40,861 bases of DNA from Octopus bimaculoides (Eukaryota), in NCBI RefSeq assembly GCF_001194135.2, contig NC_068986.1, positions 74,262,499 to 74,303,359 of the forward strand, in the 5' to 3' direction. This document shows, piece by piece, positions 1-10,420 of the stretch. How positions within the stretch are numbered: the first letter of the stretch is position 1; every line of letters starts with the position of its first letter. The notes under the pieces are model-generated. The model saw nothing but the letters and a program-made list of their open reading frames with translations. It made no database searches and had not been told where the DNA came from. A program made the position numbers and the translations under genes.

Positions 1-220
1 CTAAATGAAGTATTAACAGTAACTGCACGATAAAGTGTAGTATATTGCCACTTAAGTGTGGCTGACCCATAGGGGTGGATGTTACTGTTGCTTTTAGCCC
101 CAGGAGGACATCTCCTCCAGCTGGCTTATCGACACACGACTGTGTCCTGTTTGCCAAGGGAAGTTATCCCTCTCAATATACTACACTTTATCGTGCAGTT
201 ACTGTTAATACTTCATTTAG
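1..220. repeat. Perfect inverted repeat (arms 1-46 and 175-220) around a 128-nt structured spacer; left arm may continue outside the window
   Basis: Bases 1-46 (ctaaatgaagtattaacagtaactgcacgataaagtgtagtatatt) are the exact reverse complement of 175-220. Confidence 0.93.
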
Positions 221-330
221 AGAATTAACATTGCTTGTTTTCACCTTTTCGATATCAGTGAAGAATTTCACTGGAAAAGTAGATATAAGATTGCCAGGTT
301 TTTGTCTCTCTCACCAAGGTCAGTGGCTGT

Positions 331-375
331 CGAACGCCGACGAAGGGAAATAACCCTGAAATCCGGATCCGTTCG
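331..375 (+). ncRNA. Minimal type-I hammerhead ribozyme-like motif (U4C variant), probably from a Penelope-like element pLTR
   Basis: Stem I cgaacg (331-336) / cgttcg (370-375); core CCGACGA 337-343; stem II aggg / ccct with a 6-nt loop; GAAA 358-361; palindromic tccgga 362-367; cleavage triplet AUC ending at 369. Confidence 0.75.
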
Positions 376-415
376 TGCTACAGATCATGGTGTTTATTAT
401 CAACAATATAATTAC

Positions 416-630
416 CCTTTCTACTAAAGGCACAAGGCCAGAAATTTTCGGAGAGAGAACTAGTTAATTACATTGACTCCAGCACTCAACTGGTACTTAA
501 TTTGTTGACCCTGAAAGGATAAAAAGCAAAGTTGACCTCAGTGGAAATTGAACTCAGAATAATGTAAAGATGGAGGAAATGCCACTAAGCATTTTACCTG
601 CTGCGCTAACGTTTCTACCAGCTCACTGCC
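416..630 (-). mobile_element. tRNA-derived SINE, family B (about 210 bp)
   Basis: Recognisably homologous to about 12 other copies in the window; in sense orientation has an A-box-like head and a B-box gagttcaattt/gagttcaaattcc. Confidence 0.8.
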
Positions 631-1227
631 TTATTTGTCCTTATATAATAGTCTAAGAATACATGATCAACAGAGGGTAATTACCCTTGTGTTTTGATGT
701 TGACATTCATTCATCTATCTATTTATCTGTTCTATGCAATATAACAAATTTAATGAGATCATTCTCTACACCTTCCATGCTGAAAAATATTCAAATAGTA
801 CCTGCAGACAGAAATTTTATTCAGTATTACATAAATATACTTTGTACATATAAACAGTTGAATATAAGAAAACTATGAAAACATCCTTGCATGGTCATTC
901 TTGTCTATGCAACCACTTATCTAATTGCTTATTATCAAGAATATGATAATGAACCTCACAAAATGTTGCTAAAAGGAAGAGTGCAGTGTTTAAAAATTAT
1001 GAGAAACACTGTTCTAAAAGAATAATCACAATACATACCCAACAAAAGTAACACAATACACAGTAGCAATCTCTTTTAGTCCCAGAAAGATGGTTCTGCA
1101 ATTTCTTGCTAAACAACCTGCACAAACGATTTGTTTATAGTAATCAAATGTATATTAGTTCACTCCCTCCATCAAATCAATGTTGTTTGAACAGCCACAT
1201 GGTACACCACATGTCAGGTGTCAAAGT

Positions 1228-1352
1228 GATTACAGAGTAACAAGAAATGAAGTGTTTTACTAAAAAACACAACACACCACCTAGTGCAGGAACTGAAACC
1301 ATGATCTCTCAGTTGTGAATGTAACACACTAACCACTAGGCTATGCACCCTC
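1228..1352 (-). mobile_element. Degenerate tRNA-derived SINE, family E
   Basis: Similar to 5105-5395 and 27955-28095; reverse strand carries a tagtggttag A-box-like head. Confidence 0.55.
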
Positions 1353-2007
1353 ACATAACACAATGCATTTTTTACTTAATTACTAAATAACAAATATATT
1401 ATTTATGAATTTATTTTGCAAGATTCCTGATGTGAAATCATGTGTTGAAATAGGTATTGTTATATTTTGGGATGGTCATTTTTTCTTGCCAAATAAACAC
1501 ACACACTATGTATTCATTCTTTACTCACTTACTATTGTTCTTATTTTATCTTCTATGTCCATTGTCTGGAAATCTTTTGTTACACATTTTGTTAGACGTT
1601 GCTATTAACGTAGCAGAATGAACTAAACGATTTCTTTAGGGCCTTTAACCAAGGAATTGCATACTGTAATGATGTCAACATTACTAGGCTTACTTTAAGG
1701 CTTATATCTGGCATGTTATTTGTGATAACAGGACCATTGCTGTTTCAATTTCTGGATCAGTCAATGCATTGTGTTCTTGAGTAAAACATTTCATTTTATG
1801 TTACTCCAGTTCATTCAGCTAGTAAAAATTAGTAATCCTGCAATGGACCAGTGCCTCATCCAGAGAGGAATGTATTCATCAGAGAAATAAGGAAACCAGC
1901 CCTATACCCCTTACAGAGTAATATGGATGAAGTATCAGGGCTCAGTGATCTAAACAATTACTTTAAGGTATATTTCTGATAGGTTACTGTTGATAATGTG
2001 CTCAATG

Positions 2008-2145
2008 TTAATTCCACCAAGGTTGACTTTGCTTTTCATTCTTTCAGGGCCGATAAATTAAGTACCAGTTGTGTACTGCAGTCGATCTAATTGACTGGTC
2101 TCTTCCCCCAAAATTTCGGGCCTTGTGCCTAGAATAGGAAAGAAT
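2008..2145 (+). mobile_element. 5'-truncated SINE family B
   Basis: Contains aggttgactttgcttttcatc and gggccttgtgcctag, diagnostic of family B. Confidence 0.7.
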
Positions 2146-2723
2146 GTGCTCAGTGTTATTGTCAGGGCACTGTGACAGATATTGACTTTAGGGTCTATAT
2201 TCAATAAGTCACAGCTGATAGCAAAGCCATTGCTATGTTCAAGACTGACTGTTGGTTATTTAGGCCTGTGACTTATAAGATACTGTATCAATGACAAGTT
2301 ATCTCTATAGTGACAGTAGCAGAGTGATAAGAATAGAACATCTGTTAAAGTGTTTTTTTAATTTTGAGTTTACTTGCTGTAATAACTAGGCCATTTGTCT
2401 TTGTCATTGCAGATGTCTGCAGACATAATGTCAATTACCTTAAGATATTTTAGCAACAGGTTATTGGCCTAATAACGAGATTGTTGCTTATGGATTTAGA
2501 ATATTTTATTGCTGTTGAAAATTATCTTTGTTTTTCAAAGAACACTTGCATTGTTTTGGATGTGTTGTTGTGGTTAATGTCCTCTTAATATAGTCTTTGT
2601 ACTTCATTCCGGGAGATGTGGTTATACAGTCAATGCCATTCCCAGTTGTGACACTTCAATTCTTTTTACTATCATACACAGTATATCTAGGAGTAAAGGA
2701 ACCAATGCATTCACCTTTTTGTA

Positions 2724-3070
2724 GGCATGACTGTGTGGTTAAGAATCTTGCTTTGCAACCATGTGGTTTTTGGTTCAGTCCTACAGCATAACACCTTGGG
2801 CATCTGTCTTTTATGGTCAACCAATACTTTATGAGTGAATTAGGAAGATGGGAACTGTGTGTGCATGCATGTGTGTTTGTCTGTGTTTTTGTTCTCCCAC
2901 CCACACCATCGCTTAGCAACAACTGTTGGTTTGTTTACATCATTGTAAATTCGCAGTTCAGCAAGAGAGAAACTGATAGAATAAGTACTGGAGACTGGTA
3001 AAAACAACTACTTGTGTCAGTTTGTTCAACAAGCATGGCTGTAATCCAATGATCAAAATAAACAAAAGAT
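2724..3070 (+). mobile_element. SINE family A, degenerate
   Basis: Head ctgtgtggttaagaatcttgct and ggttcagtcc B box, internal (TG)n, tail gatagaataagtact. Confidence 0.7.
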
Positions 3071-3374
3071 GAAAAAAATAAAGTAGGATATGATATGAGA
3101 GGTGTTTAGCTGCTATTTCTCAGGTGTTAAACAACAGCAAAGAATATCTTTTAGCAATATATAACACATTTAATTAGACTGAAACCAGAGTTGTTCTTAA
3201 TTAACAAAATCTGATTCTCATTATGTTTTTGTAGCAGAAATGACAATTCATATTCTTAACATTTTGGTATTCATTGTTAATAAAGTTAACATTTGGGTTA
3301 TTTTGATCATTTTACTCAAAGAAACTAGGAAATATCTTCAATTTTTTTTTAGTGCTTGTTTTTTATCTTTTATC

Positions 3375-3788
3375 TGTTATTTGTTTGAGTTATTAGACTG
3401 TGGCCGTGCTGGAGCACCACCTTGAAGAATTTTTTGTTAGTTGAATGAATCAATCCCAGTACTTATTATTTTTATTAAGCCTGGTACTTATTCTATTAGG
3501 GTTTTTTGTCAAACCACTAAGTTATGAGGACATAAATACACTAAAAGTAGTGAGGGACAAACACAGACACACACATGCACACACACATATACATGCACAT
3601 GCACACACATATGCACACATGCATGCACACACACACACGCGCACACACACACATATTATAGGCTTCTTCCAGTTTCCCTCTACCAAATCCACTCGCAAGG
3701 CTTCAGCTGACCGAAGGCTATTGTAGAAGACATTTGCTCAAGGTGCCATGCAGTGGGACTGAACCCAGAACCATATAGTTGGGAAAGA
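3375..3788 (-). mobile_element. SINE family A
   Basis: Reverse complement of the family A consensus (gcagtgggactgaacccagaacc; gctggagcaccacc) with internal (CA)-rich microsatellite. Confidence 0.8.
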
Positions 3789-4112
3789 CTGAACTCTCTT
3801 GTAATTCCTTTTCGCAAAATAGTTAGTTACACTCACTCTACTTTGTAAAGAAGTAGCCTCTATGTGGTTGCTTAGCCTGCTAGAAATAATATCAAAATCA
3901 CTTTCATATCACACTCTGCCATATTAAAGAAGGAAGGACATATTTGCTGATGATCAGGTATGGCTGTGCAGCACATTGAACAAAAGTCTTGTATTATATC
4001 CTCAGACCAAGCAATGCTTTGTGAGTGAATTTGCTATGCAGAAGAAACTATGTGGAAGCTTGTTGTGTGTGTGTGTGTGTATGTGTGTGTGTGTGTGTGT
4101 GCGTGCGTGTGG

Positions 4113-4390
4113 GACCTTTGGTGATATGCCATGCTCAAGAAGACTCATCAAGCCAAGTGAGATTGTAGTTGTGGCTAATGCCAGTGTTACGTGACTGGCA
4201 CCCATGCTGGTGGAACATTGAAAAGTACCCACTACATTCTTGGAGTGGTTAGCATTAGGAAGAGCATCCAGCTGTAGAAACCATGCCAAATCAGATTGAA
4301 ACCTGGTGCAGCTCTCCAGCTTACCAGTTTCAGTCAAGCCGTCTAACCCATGCCAGCATGGAAAGCAAATGTTAAATGATGATGATGGTG

Positions 4391-4392
<2 letters not shown>
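4113..4392 (+). mobile_element. Family C retroposon with RTE-type 3' end and (GAT)n tail
   Basis: ttaggaagagcatccagctgtagaaacc and cccatgccagcatggaaagc followed by aaatgatgatgat; homologous copies at 9419, 13480, 28400, 30490 and 32935. Confidence 0.7.
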
Positions 4393-4458
<66 letters not shown>

Positions 4459-5104
4459 GAAAAGGAAACGACACAGGACAATGCTTATGTTATGAACTTC
4501 ATTAGCTTACAGCTGTTTCTGCTATATAATGCAGTAGACTCATAGCTGTCAGATGTGTCTGGAAAATTGAAATACATGTATTTAGATGAAGCATAATTAA
4601 ACTGGAGATTTGGTCCCAAAATGTCTTTTATTATAGCATCATAAATTATATAACTTTTACACATGTTTCACTAGCACATACTAGTATGTCTGTGGTGGTT
4701 GTTATATAGGCAGTTGCATAAACACCCAATAATGTCAGATCATTAGACTAACAATTACCTCATAGTACACTAACATATGCTAGTGAAGCACAGAGATAAT
4801 GTAATTTATGATGTTATAATAAAAAAAAATTACAGTTTTATTCTGCTTAAATAAAAGGTAAAATTCAGAACTGGAGGAATCTATTGAGGATCCAGGTCAA
4901 TAACAAATAATTCAAAGGAAATGTGGTTGTAAAAAAAAAGATAAAAATAAATGTAAAGTAAATGGTGTAAATATAGTTACCACCAGGAAAGTAAATTATT
5001 GATCTTTTGGGCTCAAGCTCTTGATCAAGTTTAACAAGAGGGAATGTTCTGTGTACAGTTCTACAGGAATCATAGTATTAGTGGATGAATGGAGTGGGTA
5101 GATG

Positions 5105-5395
5105 AATGACCATGGGATTGCACCTAGAAAGTTCCCTCCAAGGCACAAGTCCAGGCAAGGTTATTTATGAAAGACCAGAAACCCTCCATCTCCATGCTTC
5201 CGATGTTATCCAAGGGAAAGGCAAAGGCCAATATAGCTTGGCACCAATGATACCGCAATTCATTTCTACAGCTGAGTGAACTGGAGCAAAATGAAATAAA
5301 ATGTCTTGTTCAAGAACGCAACACACAGCCTGGTTCAGGAATTGAATGCACTCTTGATTGTGAGCCCAATGCTCTAACCACTGAGCCATACATAC
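5105..5395 (-). mobile_element. SINE family E
   Basis: Reverse strand reads tggctcagtggttagagcattgg (A box), then tgtgttgcgttcttgaacaagac and gctccagttcactcagctg. Confidence 0.75.
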
Positions 5396-5508
5396 CCTTT
5401 TAGTGGGTAGATAGGTGTGTATATTTTGTATGATACTGGATGATGGGCAGAATTGTTGAATGTGAGCAAAACAAAATACTGATTTAATGTAAACATTACT
5501 TGATATAT

Positions 5509-5539
5509 GTGTGTGTGTGTGTATCTATCTATCTATCTA

Positions 5540-5613
<74 letters not shown>
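5509..5613. repeat. Compound microsatellite (GT)n(ATCT)n(AT)n
   Basis: Read directly from the sequence. Confidence 0.95.
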
Positions 5614-5617
<4 letters not shown>

Positions 5618-5870
5618 CTAATATATTTGGTTAAACAGACACCAAAGATGGAATATACAAGAATTTTTATTAACCACTACAATTGTTTCAACAACTTTTA
5701 GCATCTCCCTTTAATCAAATACTTAACAAATATTGGGAAAGTGATCGTGCTTTACCAGTAAGCTATCAGGTTTAAACTGCTTGTTTTCTTATCTAGTAAC
5801 TACGATATAATATATACATGTGTGTATATATATTCAAATGTATTTTTCTCCTTTTATTATCATTCTACAG

Positions 5871-5959
5871 TAATAAATAAAGTCGTCAAAAGACAAGCAA
5901 GCAGTTATCTATTAGACCAAGTGGACTCAAAAGCTATCGTACGAGGATGGTTGACAAAG
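5871..5959 (+). CDS. PLEKHH1/2: Exon A of a PLEKHH1/2 (MAX-1)-like PH-MyTH4-FERM protein; linker and start of the second PH domain
   Basis: Pyrimidine tract plus cattctacag acceptor and AAG|gtaggt donor; 89 nt, phase 1 to 0; reads (V)INKVVKRQASSYLLDQVDSKAIVRGWLTK, matching the family G-W/L-LTK PH-domain start. Confidence 0.9.
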
Positions 5960-6159
5960 GTAGGTTTGTTATTTTTCTCATTTACCAAGAGAAATACCAT
6001 GAAGCATAGTGGAAACAGCTGTGACATGACCGCTCCTTTTTTTTTTTTTTCTGATTCTTTGAACTACAGGAGACTAACACAAATATCACAACATTACATT
6101 TCCATTTGCCAGCAAATGCTTGTTCTTGTGCAAGTTACCAGTAATGTCCTGTTAATTAG

Positions 6160-6556
6160 TGGAGGCACAATGGCCCAGTGGTTAGGGCAGCGGACTCACA
6201 GTCATAGGATAGTGGTTTCAATTCGCAGACCAGGCGTTGTGAGTGTTTATTGAGCGAAAACACCTAAAGTTCCACAAGGCTCCAGCAGGGGATGGTGGAG
6301 AACCCTGCTGTACTCTTTCACCACAACTTTCTCTCACTCTTTCTTCCTGTTTCTGTTGTACCTGTATTTCAAAGGGCCAGCCTTGTCATACTCTGTGTCA
6401 CGATGAATCTCCCCGTGAACTACATTAAGGGTACATGTATCTGTGAACTACATTAAGGGTACATTAATGGGTACATGTATCATTAATTTCACGAGCAGGC
6501 TGTTCCGCTGATCGGATCATCTGGAACTCTCGTCGTCATAACCGACGGAGTGCCAA
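6160..6556 (+). mobile_element. Full-length tRNA-derived SINE, family D, with a 12-bp target-site duplication
   Basis: A box tggcccagtgg and B-box-like ggtttcaattc; TSD cctgttaattag at 6148-6159 and 6557-6568. Confidence 0.9.
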
Positions 6557-7015
6557 CCTGTTAATTAGGACAGTCAGTTAACAGTGTCATGTCAGAACTA
6601 TACATATTATCATGAGTGACTGAACAATTTATATTTCATTTCATTCCTCTATATTTTAAGTTCAAATACTTTGTTTCTTGTTTTGTAGGGATTGTTAAAA
6701 TGCATACCGGTAATACACTAAAATCAGTACAATTTACTGTGCCACTCTTAAAACTATTAGCCACATATCTAGTGAAAATAAATATTGTTTATCATGAAAG
6801 TAACTCAATGTATTCTCTTATTTACTGTTTTACTGCAAAGACTTTCTCAGGTTTACCTTGATTGTGTGGACCTATTATGAAAGACATCACAACCTTGACT
6901 ATTCTCTCTTTTTAGGGGTTATTAACCCAATCTTATGTTAATCAATATTTCCTTCCTTGTTGAAGTTGGTAGTGTTTGAGTTGAGGAGTATCTGGCTGTT
7001 ATTTCTAACCACATA

Positions 7016-7411
7016 CGAGGTGGGTACTGAAAAGTTCCTGGCTTTAAGTGTATCATGAATGGCCTGTTTGAGTTCTTTTACAGGGCTTAGAAAAACTGAA
7101 AGACTGCTGCAATAAGTGTGTGAATCTGTGAGGGGAATATGTTGAATAAAATCATAGGAGTGGCTGTGTGGTAAGTAGCTTGCTTACCAACCACATGGTT
7201 CCTGGTTCAGTCCCACTGCGTGGCACCTTGGGCAAGTGTCTTCTACTATAACCTTGGGCCGACCATAGATTTGTGAGTGGATTTGGTAGACGAAAACTGA
7301 AAGAAGCCCGTCGTTTCTTTCCTTTCCCGAGAGTCTAGTAACACAATCTGTATCACGTCCTCACGTTGTTGTATTTTGTTGTTGTTTTTTTTGTCTTTTT
7401 CCTTTTTTGAA

Positions 7412-7462
<51 letters not shown>

Positions 7463-7753
7463 TTGTGTGTCTGTGTTTGTCCCCCCACCATCTCTTGACA
7501 ACTGATGCTGGTGTGTTTACATCCCCGTAGCCTAGTGGTTCGGCAAAAAGAGACCAATAGAATAAATACTAGGCTTACAAAGAATAAGTCCTGGGGTCGA
7601 ATTTCTCAACTAAAGGCGGTGCTCCAGCATGGCTGCAGTCAAATGACTGAAACAAGTATAAGAGTAAAAAGAGTAAAGAGTAAAAGAGAGTAATTAACTG
7701 ATTCTCCTGTATTTTCTTTTACCCAAAGCTAGGAACTTTTCAACACCCCCTCG
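7016..7753 (+). mobile_element. Mariner-derived MITE (about 205 bp) interrupted by a SINE
   Basis: About 30-bp TIRs (cgaggtgggtactgaaaagttcctggctt / aagctaggaacttttcaacaccccctcg), TA at 7014-7015 and 7754-7755; interior encodes GLEKLKDCCNKCVNL*GEYVE*, like a mariner transposase C-terminus. Confidence 0.85.
7157..7690 (+). mobile_element. Full-length SINE family A nested in the MITE
   Basis: Head ggagtggctgtgtggtaagtagc, B box ggttcagtcc, internal (TA)n(TG)n, (gagtaaaa)n tail; carries an extra insert of about 90 bp at 7317-7405. Confidence 0.9.
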
Positions 7754-7836
7754 TAGATGGTCTCTCATTGACTTAGTCTAACGGCTGTTGTTCTCAACGT
7801 TGTTGTTGTTTAACGTTCCTTTTTCTGCTATTTCAG

Positions 7837-7917
7837 GTTAAGAATGGTATGACTAGACGTTGTTGGTGTATCCTACTGGGTCGATATTTCCTTTACTACA
7901 AGACTCCCACAGATAAG
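7837..7917 (+). CDS. PLEKHH1/2: Exon B, second PH domain
   Basis: tttcag acceptor and AAG|gtcagt donor; 81 nt, phase 0-0; VKNGMTRRCWCILLGRYFLYYKTPTDK, similar to PLEKHH2 [21 protein letters not shown] (recalled). Absent from the ORF track. Confidence 0.93.
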
Positions 7918-8101
7918 GTCAGTATAAATTCAACAGGTTAGTCCTCTCCTGTCTAGTACCAGTTACAACATGCCCCTGTTATATGGTTTCTACCTGTGGT
8001 CACTCTTACTATAAAAAGTGACATTGTATTTCGTGATAAAAATATAACTTAACAAGATCATTGTGTAAAATTAACCAAAGTTCAAAATCCAAATCTATTG
8101 T

Positions 8102-8741
8102 GAGTCGGCAGAATTGATAGCATGCTGGGCAAAATGCTTAATGGCATTTTGTCCATTATTATGTTACAAAGTAACAGTCACATATTACAGTAAATTTAAT
8201 TCGATAGCTTCTCTTCAGAAATGAATGGCATTGTGCGAATACAATCATTAATGCAATGGACAGAATGCATAGCAACATTTCTTCCAGTTCTGTATGTTCT
8301 GAGTGCAAATTCCACTGATGTCAATTTTGCCTTTCATCCTTTTGGAGTCAATAAAATAAGTACCAGTTGAACCCTGGGGTTGATGTAATTGACTGACACC
8401 CTCTCCCGAACTTGCCTTGTGCCAAAGTGAAATTTGCCTTTCGTCTGATTGGGGTTCATAAAACAAAGTAATTGTCACACCCTAGTGCAAATTTAATTGG
8501 ATAATTCCGCCTCACAAATTTATGGCTTTGTGCAAATGCAATCACTAAATCAATGGATAAAATGCTTCGCAGCATTTTTTTCTAGCTCTGTCTGTTCTAA
8601 GTTCAAATTCCACCGAGGTTGACTTTGCCTTTCATCCTTTCAGGATCAGTAAAATTGGTACCAGTTGAATACTGGGGTTGATGTAATTGACTTAGCTTTT
8701 CCCTCAAACTTACTGGCCTTGTGCCAAAATTTGAAACCAAT
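8102..8741 (+). mobile_element. Two tandem SINE family B copies (about 8102-8432, interrupted; about 8550-8741)
   Basis: Both contain ttttgcctttcatcctt, gtaccagttga and ggggttgatgtaattgact. Confidence 0.75.
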
Positions 8742-9418
8742 GTCTTATAACAGAAGCAATTCTTGTGACAAATTTTCAAATGATAATTTTGTAATCCAAG
8801 CTTTTCTGTTGGATTTCCAATAAACTAACAAGAAATACTTGCTGAACTCTTTAAAGGGTATTTTCATCAATAGATCAATATTTGTTTTATTTTAAATCAC
8901 TGGTAGCCAAATGTTAGATGATCGATAGATACTTTGAACCCAAGTTGTTTCACCAAGTAAGTTGGGCTGATTATTACTAAAACAATCCTGTTTCATCAAC
9001 ATATATGTGTTACAAAGATAGAAACAATTATCTTTGATCCTTTTTTATTTGGTTCTCAATTCTGTGGAATATCTGACTGTTGCACTATTGTTCACATTTG
9101 CACTTTTCTACACAACCCTAACATTATAAATTCCTGATAATTCTCTTAACTTGTTGAACCTTCTAGAACTTCCAGAAAATGTTTCATTAGTTTATTCCTG
9201 GATTGGTTTAGTTTTCCCATTTCCAATATCTTTGGATTGTTATAAATAGACTGACAGATTTCGAGGGCTATTTGACTCCAAAGAATGCATTTATGATTGT
9301 CATTTTTTATACAAATTGGCAAACAACAACCCCCTTTCAGTCCTTGCAGTGCTTCTGTTTATTTGTTTAGAAATTCTATGATGAAATGGCGCTTTGTTTC
9401 TGTTCTTTATAAAACTTC

Positions 9419-9545
9419 ATCATCATCATCATCGTCATCATTTAGCATCTGCTTTCCATGCTGGCATGGGTTAGAGAGTTTGACTGGAACTGGTAAACTG
9501 GAGAGCTGCACCAAGTTCCAGTCTAATTTCACATGGTTTCTATGG
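9419..9545 (-). mobile_element. Family C 3' end with (CAT)n tail
   Basis: Reverse complement of the 4290-4392 segment. Confidence 0.75.
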
Positions 9546-9852
9546 TATGATAGAATAGTCTCAGCCTATTTTAGCTTTGGTAGTGCTAGAGTTACCTTTA
9601 GCACATCTTAGTACTTTTACACCTTATACTAGTTCTTTTAGAAATCAACTCATGATAATAAATTAAGGGTTTGGAAATACAGCATCTTGTCTGATATTGC
9701 TCATTATTCATTGACGCCATGCATGCATGCATGCACACACGCATGCATGCATGTACATATGCATGTACATATGCATGTACACATGCACACATGAAACAAG
9801 AACATAAAGATGGATGAAATGCCACTAATTTTGCCTGGCATGCTAATGATTC

Positions 9853-10103
9853 TTATTTCTTTACTGCCCACAAGGGGCTACTCACAAAGGGGACAAACAA
9901 GGACAGACAAACAGATTAAGTCGATTATATCGACCCCAGTGCATAACTGGTACTTATTTAATCGACCTCGAAAGGATGAAAGGCAAAGTCGACCTCGGCA
10001 GAATTTGAACTCAGAATGTAATGGCAGACGAAATACCTCTAAGCATTTCTTCCGGTGTGCTAATGATTCTTCCAGCTCGCTAATGATTCTGCCAGTTTGC
10101 TGC
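9853..10103 (-). mobile_element. SINE family B, relatively intact
   Basis: gaaaggatgaaaggcaaagtcgacctcggcagaatttgaactcagaa core. Confidence 0.8.
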
Positions 10104-10249
10104 TTTATCTGAAAATGAATATCAATTACTTTTAAGTGATTTTGAAGGAATATAGGGAGATTGTTAACATGAGACCAGCTTCATACAGAAACTAGTCTGA
10201 CCCAAAAGTAGCAGGTCAAAATAATGTCCACTGCTTAAACTGATTGACT

Positions 10250-10420
10250 GCACAGACCATAAATTCGTAATCTGCACAGTTGACTTTGATAGAACTCATT
10301 GATAAGGACTGGGTTACTGGAAGTTGAATTTTGGTGCACAAAGATTATAGGAGCCAGATTAGCAACCTAGTAAAGTGACAATTCACTGGGAGGACTTTTG
10401 GTCCAGGGGTATATTATGGT
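10250..10420 (+). mobile_element. Decayed L1/Tx1-like LINE endonuclease fragment
   Basis: One frame reads TDHKFVICTVDFDRTH**GLGYWKLN; SDH and GxGYWKLN mark the C-terminus of L1/Tx1 AP endonucleases. Confidence 0.55.

Noticed and set aside
75-353. 92-aa ORF over the inverted repeat and hammerhead
   Set aside because: No recognisable domain and a non-ATG start; the region is better explained as structured non-coding sequence.
2200-2300. TADS-encoding stretch as a possible upstream PH1 exon
   Set aside because: In-frame TAA two codons upstream, no good acceptor, and following residues do not match the family.
2413-2472. gtcattgcag-ATG as a possible exon
   Set aside because: The frames examined stop quickly and show no PLEKHH similarity.
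3445-4545. ORFs rich in HT/CV repeats
   Set aside because: Translations of (CA)n/(TG)n within SINEs.
6160-6240. tRNA gene
   Set aside because: A and B boxes are present but no complete cloverleaf; it continues into a SINE body with a TSD.
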